From a virus (lineage: Duplodnaviria; Caudoviricetes), in IMG/VR virus record IMGVR_UViG_3300050343_000001, positions 1-59,555 of that record: DNA of 59,555 bases, one strand, 5' to 3'. The first letter of the stretch is position 1. Each line of letters begins with the position of its first letter. Position numbers and translations under genes: made by a program. Shown piece after piece: positions 9,501 to 19,596 of this stretch. The notes below the pieces were generated by a model, which was not told where the DNA came from, made no database searches, and saw only the letters and a list, made by a program, of their open reading frames with translations.

Positions 9501-12500
9501 AATAAAGTCTCTTGCTTGTTCGTAACGACTTTTGTCTCCCAACGGCACTGCTGTAACGTGCTTACGTAACAACTCGGTTGCGCCTTTTGCAGTGCGTCCC
9601 AGCAACAACATGTCAGGTACTGCTCGTGTATCCGGTGCTGGAGTAAGTAACCCCATAACTAAACGATCTATATCGTCGAGCGGTGATTCTGGGGGTTTCG
9701 GCTTAAACCCTAGCATCTTGCGGAAAGCTCGCATGACTGCACTTGCAAACTTCTTCCACCCTGCCATTTTGCCGCCGTCTACACTCATAAGAGCTAGCGC
9801 TCTTTGGAACTCAGGATTACCGAACGCCTCTGCAACAAACTCGTCTAAGTTTTTCGTACCGTACACGTCGCCAAGTTGCGCTCTCGCCGCTTCAAGAAGT
9901 GCTTGCAACTGCTTAACTTCTGGTAAATTAGGGTTAGCTAAAGATGCTGAAGTAACCGCGTGAGCCATCTCGTGTAAAACAGTATGCACGTTCATACCAT
10001 TGTTAGCGTCTATAAATACTGTGTTCGTTGCGGGGCGGAACATACCAGCCGCTTTGCGTCCTACCATTGTAGATAGATCGTCAACTACTTGCACTTGTGT
10101 AGTACCAATAGTTTCGGCCAACTTACCCGCAATCTGACGAACACGCTCTACTGGGTTTGTAGCGGCTATCGCATTAAGAGCAAACTGTAAGTCACCTCTT
10201 TGCAGTGCGTTCTGTATACTAGGTAGCAGTGCTTGGTCTAAACCATGTACCGGATCAGCGAGTAAGAAGCCCAAATCTCGTGAGTGCGCATAGCCATCAT
10301 ACAGACCCATAATTTCTTCGCCTGATATAACTGATTTAGCTTCAGGGTCATACACTATCCTTGTAGTTTGCGGTAGGACGGTAGATACTTTATTATTTTC
10401 TCTAAGCTGAAGACCCGTGCCGATAAGATATGATTCAAACGCAGTGCGACCTCTAACCGGTGTAGTTACGCGGAATAATTCCTCGCCTGACTTCAATGTA
10501 GTTGTTTTAACATCGCTAGCCATAGAACTGTCTAATGCAAGAGTTTTGTTTATCCGTTCGTTTGCAACTTTCAAACGTTCTGCAGCTGCGATTTCTTTTG
10601 CATCTTTGTTTTGCTGCTTTTTAAACGTCCTATCTATACTTTTCTGTATTGATTTAGCGGCATTGACCACGCCTATGTAGGCATCAGACGGATTAAACTT
10701 AGAAGTATCACGGTTAGCCATACGGCGGGCACGTATCATCTCTTGGATAGCACTGTCAGACATGTTTTCGTGAACCCAACGACGTGCGTTCATAGCCGCG
10801 GGCTGTGTTATACCATTATAGAAAGCAAACTGTGCAGGAGTATAATCTTTCTTAATAGTTTGCGTAGCCCCGATAGTCGCTTGCGAACCGATTTCAGCTA
10901 GGGCATCAACAGGTCTACGGAATCGTTTGAAGAATAACTTAGCTTTTTGAGCTGGTTTGTTCCCTTTAAGGGCAGTGTCCGGAGTAGTGAGGAGTTCAAT
11001 AATACCTTCTTTATCCACTGCGGTAGTAACTTCAGGGGCAGCTTGTGCGTCTATCTGTGTATCGTGATACTCTTGTAACCCTTCTGAACGACGCCCGTCT
11101 TCGAATAAGGCGTCAAGTTTAGCCTGAGCTTCTTGGTTGCGAGTATCTTCAGTGGCTTGTAGTTGCTCTTGTGATACTGCTTCCCCTTGAATTTCATTGG
11201 GGGGTGTCGGTGCAAGTGCTGTACCTTCGTTTAGTACGGGCATAACGCGGCGCGGACTATCTTCATCAACACCTTCTACTACTTGCTCGTCAACTTGCTC
11301 TGTAAGGGCTTCAACAGCTTCTGGGGCAACATCTTCGGCTTTGTCTTGAATATCTACTTCAACGATCTCGTTGCCGAAATGTATGTTTCTGCCTCCTCCC
11401 GGAGCATTGTTCTTATCGTTTAAAATCTCTACAGGTATAAGACCTACTCTGGGCTGAACCTCAAAAGTAACAGTTTCACTAGCATCGGAGCCAGCCTTCT
11501 TTTGATTCTTCCCTGTGCCATAAGATTTTAGATGTACAAGTTTAGCTTTGTTGTCGCCAATAGTGGTAAACTGCACAGGCATTTCTTCGTTTTGGAATAA
11601 ACCACCTACTTTAGCGGCTTCCTCATACGGCATGTATATAGTCCTACTTACACGAGGCTGTATTCCTGCACCCTTACCATATTTTTTATCTCGTATTGTA
11701 GTTGCGTCAGGGTACAGATCGTAGATAGAACCTTTCTCTACACTACGCCCCTTTTTCAAAGTCCTAAATCTGCTTACAGGATCGTCTTCTTGTTGGGCTG
11801 CGGCTTCTTCTAGTGTATTGAACTCTGGTCCCGCTGGTCCTCCAGACTCATCAACATTTGACAAATCTGTTCCCACTGGCCCGAGGTTAGATGCTGTAGG
11901 TTTTCCGGAATTTCCACGTTTACCTGACTCATCTCCGACGTTTGCCACGCCGTCTCCACTACCCGAAACGCCTCCTCCAGCTCTTTCGTTTCCAAGTTCA
12001 GATTGTCCATCTGTATCTCCTAACAACGCCCTTACTTTAGCCTTTGTGTCGTCGGAAGTACGAGAGTTTTTTAGGTACTCCTCTAACTGTTCTTTTACTT
12101 TAGGATCAGTAATGGGTAAGCCAAGTATATTCTTATTTTTATTCTTACGTAAAGAGGAGCTTTTAATTATGCCTAGCTCGTCAAACAGCTCGTCAGTTAC
12201 AATAATTTCTTCAGTGACGGGTGTCACTGTACGAGTAGGGATTATGCTTTTACCCTCGCCAAACGCACCAAGTGTAGCTCGTGTACCACCACCGATTAGA
12301 CCACCTGCAATGGCGGCTTCACGATACTCTGCAATGGCATCGTCACTATCAATAGGTAATCCAGCTTGCGCACGTTCTAGCATTTGTTGTCCGACTTCAG
12401 TCAAACTTTCAGTACCAGCACCGCCTGTAGCACGAGAACCTGTACGTGTGAGTACGCCTTTCCAACCTTCTTTAGTAGAACCAACCGGTTTTAGTAACTT

Positions 12501-13205
12501 AAACCCACCTAGCAATAACTTGTCTGCAACACCTTCAAGTGCCGCTTGGCCGAAAGTAGCGGTCAGCGCATCGCCTACATCGACTCTATCTTTTGTACCT
12601 CTAGCTACTTCGTCCTCTTGACGTTGTATGTTGTTACCAAACAGAATCGGAGCGGTTACAAGACCAGCAGCTGTAGCACCAACAACAAACGGCGCAGCTG
12701 CACCCAAAACAGGAGCCGCAACAGGAGCCGCTAGAGTACCTAACGCCGCCGCGCCAAGACCAAGACCTAGTTGTGTACCTTGCTCACCAATAGTTTCACC
12801 TGCGAATGTCAACGCCGAGCCAAAACCATCAACGTCTGTAGACTGTAGTCGCTTAGGTTGTTCAAGGGACAAGAGCCCAAGTTGTTGGCCAGCACGTTCT
12901 TCTACACCGGTACCATACTTCTCAAGAAACCCAAGGCCAGTCTGCTCTCCGATAGTGCCGATAGTCTCACCAACAGCTTGCTTAACTTGTTGGAAACCCC
13001 TAGCACCGCCACGACCTAACGCAGTGCCATCGTCCACGTATAAGTCTTCGCCGTACCTATCTTTGTATGCTTTAAGGTCTTCTTCTCTATCACGCTGAAG
13101 AATCTGCGCTATTTTAGCAAACTCTACGTCTGAAGGATTTTCTCCGGATATAGTAAAGTCGTAACCTTTACCCGTTTGGGAGTCTACGTATTGGAAAATA
13201 CCCAT
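6594..13205 (-). CDS. Giant internal virion/DNA-ejection protein with a zincin-like metallopeptidase motif (large polyvalent protein type)
   Basis: 2203 aa; hydrophobic Gly/Ala N-terminal segment; HEMAH plus downstream EFVAE; last gene of the late arm. Confidence 0.7.
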   Translation of the reverse strand: MGIFQYVDSQTGKGYDFTISGENPSDVEFAKIAQILQRDREEDLKAYKDRYGEDLYVDDGTALGRGGARGFQQVKQAVGETIGTIGEQTGLGFLEKYGTGVEERAGQQLGLLSLEQPKRLQSTDVDGFGSALTFAGETIGEQGTQLGLGLGAAALGTLAAPVAAPVLGAAAPFVVGATAAGLVTAPILFGNNIQRQEDEVARGTKDRVDVGDALTATFGQAALEGVADKLLLGGFKLLKPVGSTKEGWKGVLTRTGSRATGGAGTESLTEVGQQMLERAQAGLPIDSDDAIAEYREAAIAGGLIGGGTRATLGAFGEGKSIIPTRTVTPVTEEIIVTDELFDELGIIKSSSLRKNKNKNILGLPITDPKVKEQLEEYLKNSRTSDDTKAKVRALLGDTDGQSELGNERAGGGVSGSGDGVANVGDESGKRGNSGKPTASNLGPVGTDLSNVDESGGPAGPEFNTLEEAAAQQEDDPVSRFRTLKKGRSVEKGSIYDLYPDATTIRDKKYGKGAGIQPRVSRTIYMPYEEAAKVGGLFQNEEMPVQFTTIGDNKAKLVHLKSYGTGKNQKKAGSDASETVTFEVQPRVGLIPVEILNDKNNAPGGGRNIHFGNEIVEVDIQDKAEDVAPEAVEALTEQVDEQVVEGVDEDSPRRVMPVLNEGTALAPTPPNEIQGEAVSQEQLQATEDTRNQEAQAKLDALFEDGRRSEGLQEYHDTQIDAQAAPEVTTAVDKEGIIELLTTPDTALKGNKPAQKAKLFFKRFRRPVDALAEIGSQATIGATQTIKKDYTPAQFAFYNGITQPAAMNARRWVHENMSDSAIQEMIRARRMANRDTSKFNPSDAYIGVVNAAKSIQKSIDRTFKKQQNKDAKEIAAAERLKVANERINKTLALDSSMASDVKTTTLKSGEELFRVTTPVRGRTAFESYLIGTGLQLRENNKVSTVLPQTTRIVYDPEAKSVISGEEIMGLYDGYAHSRDLGFLLADPVHGLDQALLPSIQNALQRGDLQFALNAIAATNPVERVRQIAGKLAETIGTTQVQVVDDLSTMVGRKAAGMFRPATNTVFIDANNGMNVHTVLHEMAHAVTSASLANPNLPEVKQLQALLEAARAQLGDVYGTKNLDEFVAEAFGNPEFQRALALMSVDGGKMAGWKKFASAVMRAFRKMLGFKPKPPESPLDDIDRLVMGLLTPAPDTRAVPDMLLLGRTAKGATELLRKHVTAVPLGDKSRYEQARDFISENTPRKLKQWVLAVQPVNNLARLAEDRIPFANELNVLIDQTSGALRKSFEPVDVLYNDYRAYRNANPEGYNRMQALMNRATQDEVDPARPQSTYDKYWLSYYDMVTERTVMKSFVDVKKRNAEIKKLNDDLKQKFGGQDMPRSKAKKAGEPSDEKKALWKTLNDEYELLGKQGQDLYKITRDMGEAAQDRIMPAIRARIASLGIDAEAQKTAFEKLSDLLHAQGGIIRPYFKLSRDGDFRLSYNAPDPLRNGGLEVFTEYYTSEKDMLQAQENVVKYLESIGRGDEVSNIEVGKREAKRDYGKAPTSSFVFEVLQALQVAGVDPQAIDRIIDLSLDAIPERSFMQSFRSRKERSEGKRGILGALGDVTPSGMPGMEVDPAETFRDNFRSIEKQLVQLEYGAKIQVFRNKLTDGNYLKRLDTMDIAEKLDQVAEFAQAPSMARWSQIATSMGFGWTMGANISSAFNIMFDIPMAVHPYLAGEYGGGKATSAISRATKLFMGSPSTKMITVMGADGKPEIREVQLGKHNKGFDNYNFDDPNTPEDILRYKTLVEQAGARGMFNQSIDQEHVDLTNRKDVLAKMNQVSGFLVHHGERFGRQISLMAAYDLELNNRTDNGKKPATQADYDAAAQKAMKTTELTLGSTASAGRPVWAQKPVGNVAFLFKRFAVSRYYFMAHLVDQALAEADPDIRKIARKQLAYFMVTTGSLAGVAGLPLMGAAAAIYDMFADDDEDDFEAMMRKMLPGTLYDGLANELLGVDIASRVSMNSLLYRQPFIDKDQSRFYTLIEQLGGPVVGVGLSVERGYDLLQEGEVQRGLEAMAPAAMRNISKFQRFSTEGANTMRGNPIVDDINPYNSFMQLLGFAPADYVENLKINSSERRRQNAVDERRRKLLRRHNMAKTQGDREAVRKIREDIREFNQSLPAEYKEDAIDGKALKKSLSGFLTTTGKMVNGIVYTDAMRKSFEEYE

Positions 13206-13214
13206 TTATTTAAC

Positions 13215-15257
13215 CTATTTAGTTTCGTAATCGTATGCAGTGTTTTTACTACCTGTAGGGTTAACGTTAATGTTAGCACTACGGTATGCTTGTCTTATAG
13301 CCTGTTCTAACTCAGCTATTCGGTCGTTTATTCTTTCACGAGCTACTCTATCAGGATCGACCATTTTCCCCGTGCCAAATCCTAGAATCGACGATTCTTC
13401 AGGTTCTCTAAGCGACTCACGTTCTGCTACTAGCGCCTCTAGCTGCTTTCGCATATCTGTAAGGTACGCCCCAGTAACGGGTTTGCGCATGCCTGCTTTT
13501 GCTTTGGCTAGCTGAATCGACGTTAAGTCTTTATATGCAGATAGGCCAGCTTGCCCTGCTTTACCAAAGTCACCTGTACTCATTAACGTAAGGCCAGCTT
13601 GGGCTAGCGCCAACCACTGATCTTGATTTAGCTTACTTGCACCGGCCTTAAATGACTTGTCATCGGATGTTTCAACCGGAGCCTTTTTAACACTCGCAAT
13701 ACCTACTTTTGACATAGCCTCATCTTCATCCGCTATTCGTTTAGCTCTTTCGGCGTCGTCTTTCTTCTCCTGCATCTTAACTTCATAAGGGGTCGGCGGA
13801 GCGAACACCTCGGCTGCAGCACCCATAGCGTTACCTTGTCTCTCAGCTGCGTTAAACCTAGCGATGTTGTTGTTGGTTTGATCGCGCTTCTCTTGCGCTC
13901 TTTTTTCCACGTCTATAAAATACTGGTCAAGTCCGCTGGGGTTGTTGGGGTCACGCATGAACCCACTAAAAGCAGATTGCCCTTCATATCTAGGGAATCC
14001 CTTAGAAGCACGGTCAAGAAAAGGGCCGACCCCTTCCGCTATTCTTTCTACAAAGCCGGGATTTTCTGGGTCACGGCCATACCCACCATAGATAGAAGTG
14101 GCGTTAGGGTCTAAGATTTGACCTAAGCCCATGCCTCCTTGCACCTGCTGTCCGGGGTATGCTTTAGGAACAAAATTTGGATCAGCGTTTGGATAAAATT
14201 TATCTAACTCAGTAGTCTTAATAGCATCAGGAGCATATAGCCCTTGCTTCTGTGCTAGTATAGCCTGTGCGACTTCGTCCGGAGAGTTAGAAGTTTGGTT
14301 TATCGGGTTAGTCGTAGGATCGTTAAGTAACTTAGAAGTTTGGTTCAACTGCCCAGAGAACTTTAGGCCATAATCCCTTAAAGTCGTGCCGTTGGAATCC
14401 GCTGGGTTATACTCACCCCCAGATTCTATAAACTGACGCATACCACTTTTACCACCTAAATGAGCCATAGCCATGATGCTGTCGTCGTTAATTAACACAC
14501 CATTAATTGTTTGCCCCTTATACTCATCCAAGCCTGTGCCACTTGCATAGTCCGAAATATCTTTTTGGTGCCATTGGACAACTTCTTCTTGTAGAGCTGG
14601 AGTAGCTTTAAACTGCTCCATAGTAAAATCTTTACCTGTCGCGTCACGAAAATCTGTTAGCCTATCTTCTCCAAACTGGTACTTACCAACAAAACCTTCA
14701 CTGTTCTGTGCGTTATACCCCCCACTTCCTTGACTCTCACTCTCGCCAAGCTGTGTTAACATGCTAGAGGATAAAGACGCTGCAATCCGAGCAAGTTCTT
14801 CTGGGTTGTCTTTGTACTGTTCGTATAAAGCTGGATTGCTTACTTTTAATCTTGCAATAGCGCTCATATCATCACCTGACACAAACCCACCGGGGGCTAG
14901 GCGCATAATGCCACCCTCAGCCATACGTTGAGGTTGATTAGGTTGTCCGGGTAGTTTCGATGCTTGCATGTTCGACACGCCTGTATTCTGTGTCATGTCT
15001 GTTTTAGGAGCCATAGACTGTGCAACTTGTGCAATACCTTGTTGTGGTACGCCCGCCGCAGACACAGCTTCCTGAGCAACAGTAGGTTGCATTAATCCTT
15101 CTTGTCGCTGTGCATCTGATCGCATACGCTTTCGACGCTCAATCTCACTCAACACCATGAACTGAGGCGCAGAACCCGTAGGCATTTGCATTTCTCTTAT
15201 CAACTGTTCTTCGGAGAAGTTCTTTAGTTTGTCTTGAGTGTCGATCATATTAAGCAT
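13215..15257 (-). CDS. Internal virion protein with lysozyme/transglycosylase-like domain
   Basis: ESESQGSGGYNAQNSEGFVGKYQF and AMAHLGG motifs; ejection-module position. Confidence 0.7.
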   Translation of the reverse strand: MLNMIDTQDKLKNFSEEQLIREMQMPTGSAPQFMVLSEIERRKRMRSDAQRQEGLMQPTVAQEAVSAAGVPQQGIAQVAQSMAPKTDMTQNTGVSNMQASKLPGQPNQPQRMAEGGIMRLAPGGFVSGDDMSAIARLKVSNPALYEQYKDNPEELARIAASLSSSMLTQLGESESQGSGGYNAQNSEGFVGKYQFGEDRLTDFRDATGKDFTMEQFKATPALQEEVVQWHQKDISDYASGTGLDEYKGQTINGVLINDDSIMAMAHLGGKSGMRQFIESGGEYNPADSNGTTLRDYGLKFSGQLNQTSKLLNDPTTNPINQTSNSPDEVAQAILAQKQGLYAPDAIKTTELDKFYPNADPNFVPKAYPGQQVQGGMGLGQILDPNATSIYGGYGRDPENPGFVERIAEGVGPFLDRASKGFPRYEGQSAFSGFMRDPNNPSGLDQYFIDVEKRAQEKRDQTNNNIARFNAAERQGNAMGAAAEVFAPPTPYEVKMQEKKDDAERAKRIADEDEAMSKVGIASVKKAPVETSDDKSFKAGASKLNQDQWLALAQAGLTLMSTGDFGKAGQAGLSAYKDLTSIQLAKAKAGMRKPVTGAYLTDMRKQLEALVAERESLREPEESSILGFGTGKMVDPDRVARERINDRIAELEQAIRQAYRSANINVNPTGSKNTAYDYETK

Positions 15258-16312
15258 TATGCGAAAGCCTTATATAGAGATAGTCCAGTTAAACCTGCAC
15301 CAACCGCTTGCTGTGCCGCGCCGGGTTGTTGTCTAGGAGTAGTCGTAGTGCTTGTTCCTGACGTTGAACCCGTTGCAGCAATAGGCATACCAGATAAGAT
15401 ACCCGTCATATTACCAATCTGCTCACGAGTGTAGCCTTGCTGTTCAAGGAAGTTAGCATAGTCTAAATCGAGCCCTGCTTGACCTTCAGCTTGTATGTCT
15501 TGGCCTACGCCTTCACGCAACTGCTCGTTCTGTATTTGTGTCTGCCGTTCAATCTCACCCAAACGAGTAAGCTCTGTACCCATACCAGCACCGGCTCTAA
15601 GTGCCGCAAGTCCTTGCCCTGCACCGAATTGATCCGATGCTTCTTGACCTGTTTGTACTCGTCCAAGCTCTGCGGCTTGTCGTTGCTCTGCGGTCATCTG
15701 TGCGGCTCTATCGGCACCGAACTGTTTCGATGCAGCGTCAAATGCACTCTGTGAGCCTTTGGCTTGGATGTTAGCCAACTGACCTAGTAGTTGTTCTTCC
15801 GCTAGACCTTGTTGTACTGCTTGTCGTGACCCACCGAAAGCACCGGCTTGGACTGCCTTAGCATCTCTAGCACCCTGTAAACGATTAAAGTCTGTGACCG
15901 CTGCTTCTTTTTGCTGGTCTGTCACTAGCTGTTGATACGGAGACATGTACTGAGATACGTTGTCACCAGTAAACATAGCTGGGTCAGAGTAGCCAAACTG
16001 TGAATAGTTGTCAGCGTTGTAATTACCAAGCTCAGTAGCACGATCCATGCCTGCAGCAGCGTAGTCTTGTGCATCTCCAAGTCCAGAAACTCCGGTATCG
16101 GCTATGCCCAGCATGTTATCACGAGATGCGGTTACATTCGGATCGGTTGCCGCTAGGCGATCACCCGTGTAGGCCTCATACGGTTTGTTAAACTCTGCCT
16201 CTGCTTTGGCTATGTTGCGCTCAAAGTAAGGCTTCGCCCAATCTGGTAAATCTGACTGAGTAGTTGTCTGCCCAGTAGTTTGATCGTATACAGTTTTACT
16301 GCCACCACACAT
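15257..16312 (-). CDS. Internal virion (pilot/ejection) protein
   Basis: Gln/Ala/Gly-rich, GAFGGSR motif, hydrophobic C-terminus, MCGG N-terminus. Confidence 0.65.
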   Translation of the reverse strand: MCGGSKTVYDQTTGQTTTQSDLPDWAKPYFERNIAKAEAEFNKPYEAYTGDRLAATDPNVTASRDNMLGIADTGVSGLGDAQDYAAAGMDRATELGNYNADNYSQFGYSDPAMFTGDNVSQYMSPYQQLVTDQQKEAAVTDFNRLQGARDAKAVQAGAFGGSRQAVQQGLAEEQLLGQLANIQAKGSQSAFDAASKQFGADRAAQMTAEQRQAAELGRVQTGQEASDQFGAGQGLAALRAGAGMGTELTRLGEIERQTQIQNEQLREGVGQDIQAEGQAGLDLDYANFLEQQGYTREQIGNMTGILSGMPIAATGSTSGTSTTTTPRQQPGAAQQAVGAGLTGLSLYKAFA

Positions 16313-16323
16313 AATTTAGCTCC

Positions 16324-18090
16324 TTACGCTGTTCTAGCTGCAAGCTCGCGTATAACACGCGGTGCATTATCTTCGGATTCGTTTATAGTGTCGAGAAACC
16401 CGCCACCGTACATCTTTTCAAGTGCTTTTGCAGTTTTTGCACGGAGTACATATTCTCCATCTGCAAGTAACACATCTTCCTGTCCTTCAAGGGACGCAGG
16501 TACTTTGTCGTCAACACCAGAACCATCGCCCGGCCCGTTGACTTCACCAGCTTCACCATTAGCGAAACGCTCTATTGTATCGTCTAGCTCGCCAGACTGT
16601 ACTGCCTCAACTAAGTTTTTAAGAGCTTCTTCACCGTAGGTAGCTAAGAATTTACCTAACGCAACGGATGCTTCCTCTTTAGACATATCACCTTTTACAG
16701 CTCTAACTGCATCGACTATATCAGTCTTCTCATTACCACCTTCTTGTGGGACAGCTGCAATACCTTCTTGTGGGACTACTTCAAGCTCACCACCCGGTGC
16801 AAAACCTCTCACTGAGCCTAGAATGTTCTGTGGGAAAGTGCCTTGATCGACGATATTCCTTTGAAGTTCTGCGAAACCTTGGAAGTTATTGGGTCCACGA
16901 GGATCGGGTCTAGGCTGTGCCATAAACATGCTCGAGAGTCCGCCACCAGCAGTAGGAAGAACTCCACTGTTACTAAATGTCTGCCGTTCTTTCATGTTGA
17001 CTTCTTCTAGAAAGTTATCCTTCTTTTGCTCAAAGCCAGCATCGCCGTATTCACCCTCTAGGTAGTTACCGTACTGCTTTAAAGGCTCGCTATACGCAGG
17101 TCGTCGCATTTTAAATGCTGCATTTGCTGATAGCATTTGACCCGGATACCCACCGCCGCGCATCTTTGTTACTTGGCTTTGTTGGTACTCAAGTAACTGT
17201 GCATAGCTTGGGTTGATTATGAATCTAGGAGACATCGGATCGTTAGGGTCGTAGTCAGGATTTGGAATCGGCTCAAATGCACCTTCTGCAGCTGCCGCAC
17301 TCATATTAGACATAGCTGGCCCTGCTGGCCCTGCAACTGTAGGTGTAGCTACTGTTTGTCTAACTCTATCGTCATTATTGTCAGAGCCATCTGCCATAGA
17401 CCGCCCAGCTTCAACAGCTTTCCGTTTTTGTTCGAGCATGTATTTTGATCGTTCTTCAGCACTGCTAAACTCCGGACCTGCAAAAAAGCCTCCGGGTTGG
17501 AACATACCTTTAAAACCACCATCGTTTGTTGTACCGTAATGTACGCCTTTAGTATAGGTACTTGGGTCTCCCATTCCCCCCGGAACTATGCCTGAAGCAA
17601 TCCCCGTAGCGCCTTGTATAGTACTGCCGTTACGCCCGCTCAGTATACCGGTATTAACATTTGTATTTGCTGCAGAAACGTTTCTTCTATCCCTGTTACC
17701 GTCACCGCCACCGGAGAACAAAGCGTTTTTTACAGCGTTCCCGCCTATACCAAGAGCTACACCACCAAGTCCACCAGTCAGCCCGCCAATAACAGCTGCC
17801 CTAACTATGCCATCGTTATATGCTTTAGTTTCGCTTTTCGGCACAAAGAACGACCCCGTGTCATCGTTATTGCGTACAAGGATATTTCTGTCTCGCTCTT
17901 CGTTAGGGTTTGAGGATACTGCTGTATAAGTATTCCTAGCCCTATCGGCAGTTAACACACCGTCTCGATACGAAAACCCGTCGTTCGGAGTGATAGCGTT
18001 GGCTAACTTTTCTCCAGCACTGTTGCCAGAGCCTTTTTTCTTGTCGTTATCTTTATTGTTTGATCCGCCTAAGTCACCGCCGCCACACAT
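16324..18090 (-). CDS. Gly-rich putative virion protein
   Basis: MCGG start; C-terminal GPGDGSGVDDKVPA...LADGEYV segment. Confidence 0.6.
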   Translation of the reverse strand: MCGGGDLGGSNNKDNDKKKGSGNSAGEKLANAITPNDGFSYRDGVLTADRARNTYTAVSSNPNEERDRNILVRNNDDTGSFFVPKSETKAYNDGIVRAAVIGGLTGGLGGVALGIGGNAVKNALFSGGGDGNRDRRNVSAANTNVNTGILSGRNGSTIQGATGIASGIVPGGMGDPSTYTKGVHYGTTNDGGFKGMFQPGGFFAGPEFSSAEERSKYMLEQKRKAVEAGRSMADGSDNNDDRVRQTVATPTVAGPAGPAMSNMSAAAAEGAFEPIPNPDYDPNDPMSPRFIINPSYAQLLEYQQSQVTKMRGGGYPGQMLSANAAFKMRRPAYSEPLKQYGNYLEGEYGDAGFEQKKDNFLEEVNMKERQTFSNSGVLPTAGGGLSSMFMAQPRPDPRGPNNFQGFAELQRNIVDQGTFPQNILGSVRGFAPGGELEVVPQEGIAAVPQEGGNEKTDIVDAVRAVKGDMSKEEASVALGKFLATYGEEALKNLVEAVQSGELDDTIERFANGEAGEVNGPGDGSGVDDKVPASLEGQEDVLLADGEYVLRAKTAKALEKMYGGGFLDTINESEDNAPRVIRELAARTA

Positions 18091-18120
18091 GTAAAAACCC
18101 TTTTTCTTAAACTTGTTGTG

Positions 18121-18579
18121 TTATTCTACTACACGTTGCTTATAATTTCCACCCACAACATTATATCCTAACTTTTGTAACATTGCACCGGTTTTACCGG
18201 CACTTAAACCACTAGAAACACCCATGTATATCTCTGCGGCTTTACGCTCTTTAGCCCATTTTTCAAAGGCTCTCAGCAACTGCAGTCCAACGCGAGAACC
18301 TCTACTTTGTGTAGACACATACCACACTGTGTCGGATGCTATCAAGTCAGTACCGAAATAATGTTCGCCTATAGACCCAAGAAGAATACTATTAGGTACG
18401 CCATTAGCAGTGCCAATGTATGCAAAACGTGTGTCTGGGTTAGTCATAAAGTCATATATTAATCGACCACACTTATCTGGGTCGTAGTTAAAATGCCTAT
18501 AAACACTTTCTTGGTGCATCTGATAGCCAAGATCAATAGCCGCAGGTACATCTTTTGGTTCTATAGGACGTATAGGCAT
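18121..18579 (-). CDS. GNAT-family acetyltransferase
   Basis: IRP start, WYVSTQSRGSRVGLQLL acetyl-CoA motif A, terminal KLGY. Confidence 0.85.
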   Translation of the reverse strand: MPIRPIEPKDVPAAIDLGYQMHQESVYRHFNYDPDKCGRLIYDFMTNPDTRFAYIGTANGVPNSILLGSIGEHYFGTDLIASDTVWYVSTQSRGSRVGLQLLRAFEKWAKERKAAEIYMGVSSGLSAGKTGAMLQKLGYNVVGGNYKQRVVE

Positions 18580-18580
18580 A

Positions 18581-19195
18581 CTAGCTTAACCACCCATGTA
18601 TCTTATTAGTTTGCTCTATACGGTCGTCTAACCCATGATACCCACCATTAACACGCTTAGTAATCCGTTTGATTACATCCTCGGTTACACCTTCGTCGGC
18701 GATATCAAAGAGTTTGTTCTTCTTAAAGAACCACAACGCTGTCTCAAACGCATAGTCTGTAGCAGCTAGGTCGGGGTCAGTCATTACATCAGGTAAACCC
18801 ATATCACTAGAGAAAGAGCGGTAATTTGCCTTACCGGTTAATTGTAAAAATCCTCGACCGATAAAATCTTTAGCATCTTGCTCCGTGAGGTTTCCAAGTG
18901 ATTTACGTAAGTATACTTTCCCTGCAATCTTACTAGGCTGTCTTTCGTACTCTTTGGCTTCTTCTTCCGTAAACCTGCTAGGCCAAGTTCTCATAAGAGC
19001 TTCCCAACCGTAGTTTAAGTTTTCTCGGCAAAGTCTAAAGCCGCCGCTTTCGTGCGCGGCTTGCCCCAGTAAGTGCGCCCCATGTTCAGGAGACAACTCG
19101 TAGTGAGATACAATAGCACGGGCTGTATTTGGCCCGAAGCCTCCGTCGGGTGTAACCCCACATTTCTCTTGCAGTAGTTTTAAAGAGTCACTCAT
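18581..19195 (-). CDS. Endolysin, glycoside hydrolase family 19, with N-terminal peptidoglycan-binding motif
   Basis: PDGGFGPNT, HESGGF...ENLNY, GRGFLQLTGKANY, ITKRVNGG. Confidence 0.9.
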   Translation of the reverse strand: MSDSLKLLQEKCGVTPDGGFGPNTARAIVSHYELSPEHGAHLLGQAAHESGGFRLCRENLNYGWEALMRTWPSRFTEEEAKEYERQPSKIAGKVYLRKSLGNLTEQDAKDFIGRGFLQLTGKANYRSFSSDMGLPDVMTDPDLAATDYAFETALWFFKKNKLFDIADEGVTEDVIKRITKRVNGGYHGLDDRIEQTNKIHGWLS

Positions 19196-19596
19196 TTTGT
19201 AATTCCTTGTTTCTTCTCGTAGCTGCGGAGTCCGCCCAATCCTAACATTCCCATCATCACAGTCATCAAGCTACCCATATCAAACTCTGGTAACGCAGGT
19301 ATGTCAACTCCAGCAGCAGTTACACCAAAGACTATAAGAGGTTGCAACACAAAATGGTAGGCAAAAGCAACGCCACATACCCAACCTATGAATGGTCGCC
19401 ACCCACCTTTGAACAAAGAACCCGATGCAGCTTCGGCTTTGTTTATCTCTAACTGCCCCATTAAGGCTTGCTGGGCATGGTTATCGGACATTGTGGCAAT
19501 CTCATGGGCTAACTTGGCCTTTTGATCTTTGTCCTCAATAACTTTGTCTAGTAGGCCAGTGACAGGCCCTACCAAATTACTTACTAAACTCATCAT
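19192..19596 (-). CDS. Holin (3TM, GTA-type)
   Basis: GWRPFIGWVCG and LGLGGLRSYEK signatures; adjacent to endolysin. Confidence 0.85.
   Translation of the reverse strand: MMSLVSNLVGPVTGLLDKVIEDKDQKAKLAHEIATMSDNHAQQALMGQLEINKAEAASGSLFKGGWRPFIGWVCGVAFAYHFVLQPLIVFGVTAAGVDIPALPEFDMGSLMTVMMGMLGLGGLRSYEKKQGITK

Noticed and set aside
11818-13098. Long antisense ORFs (also 26015..26824 and many shorter ones)
   Set aside because: They are shadows of real genes on the opposite strand, with low-complexity Ser/Pro/Ala/Val-rich translations and no RBS.
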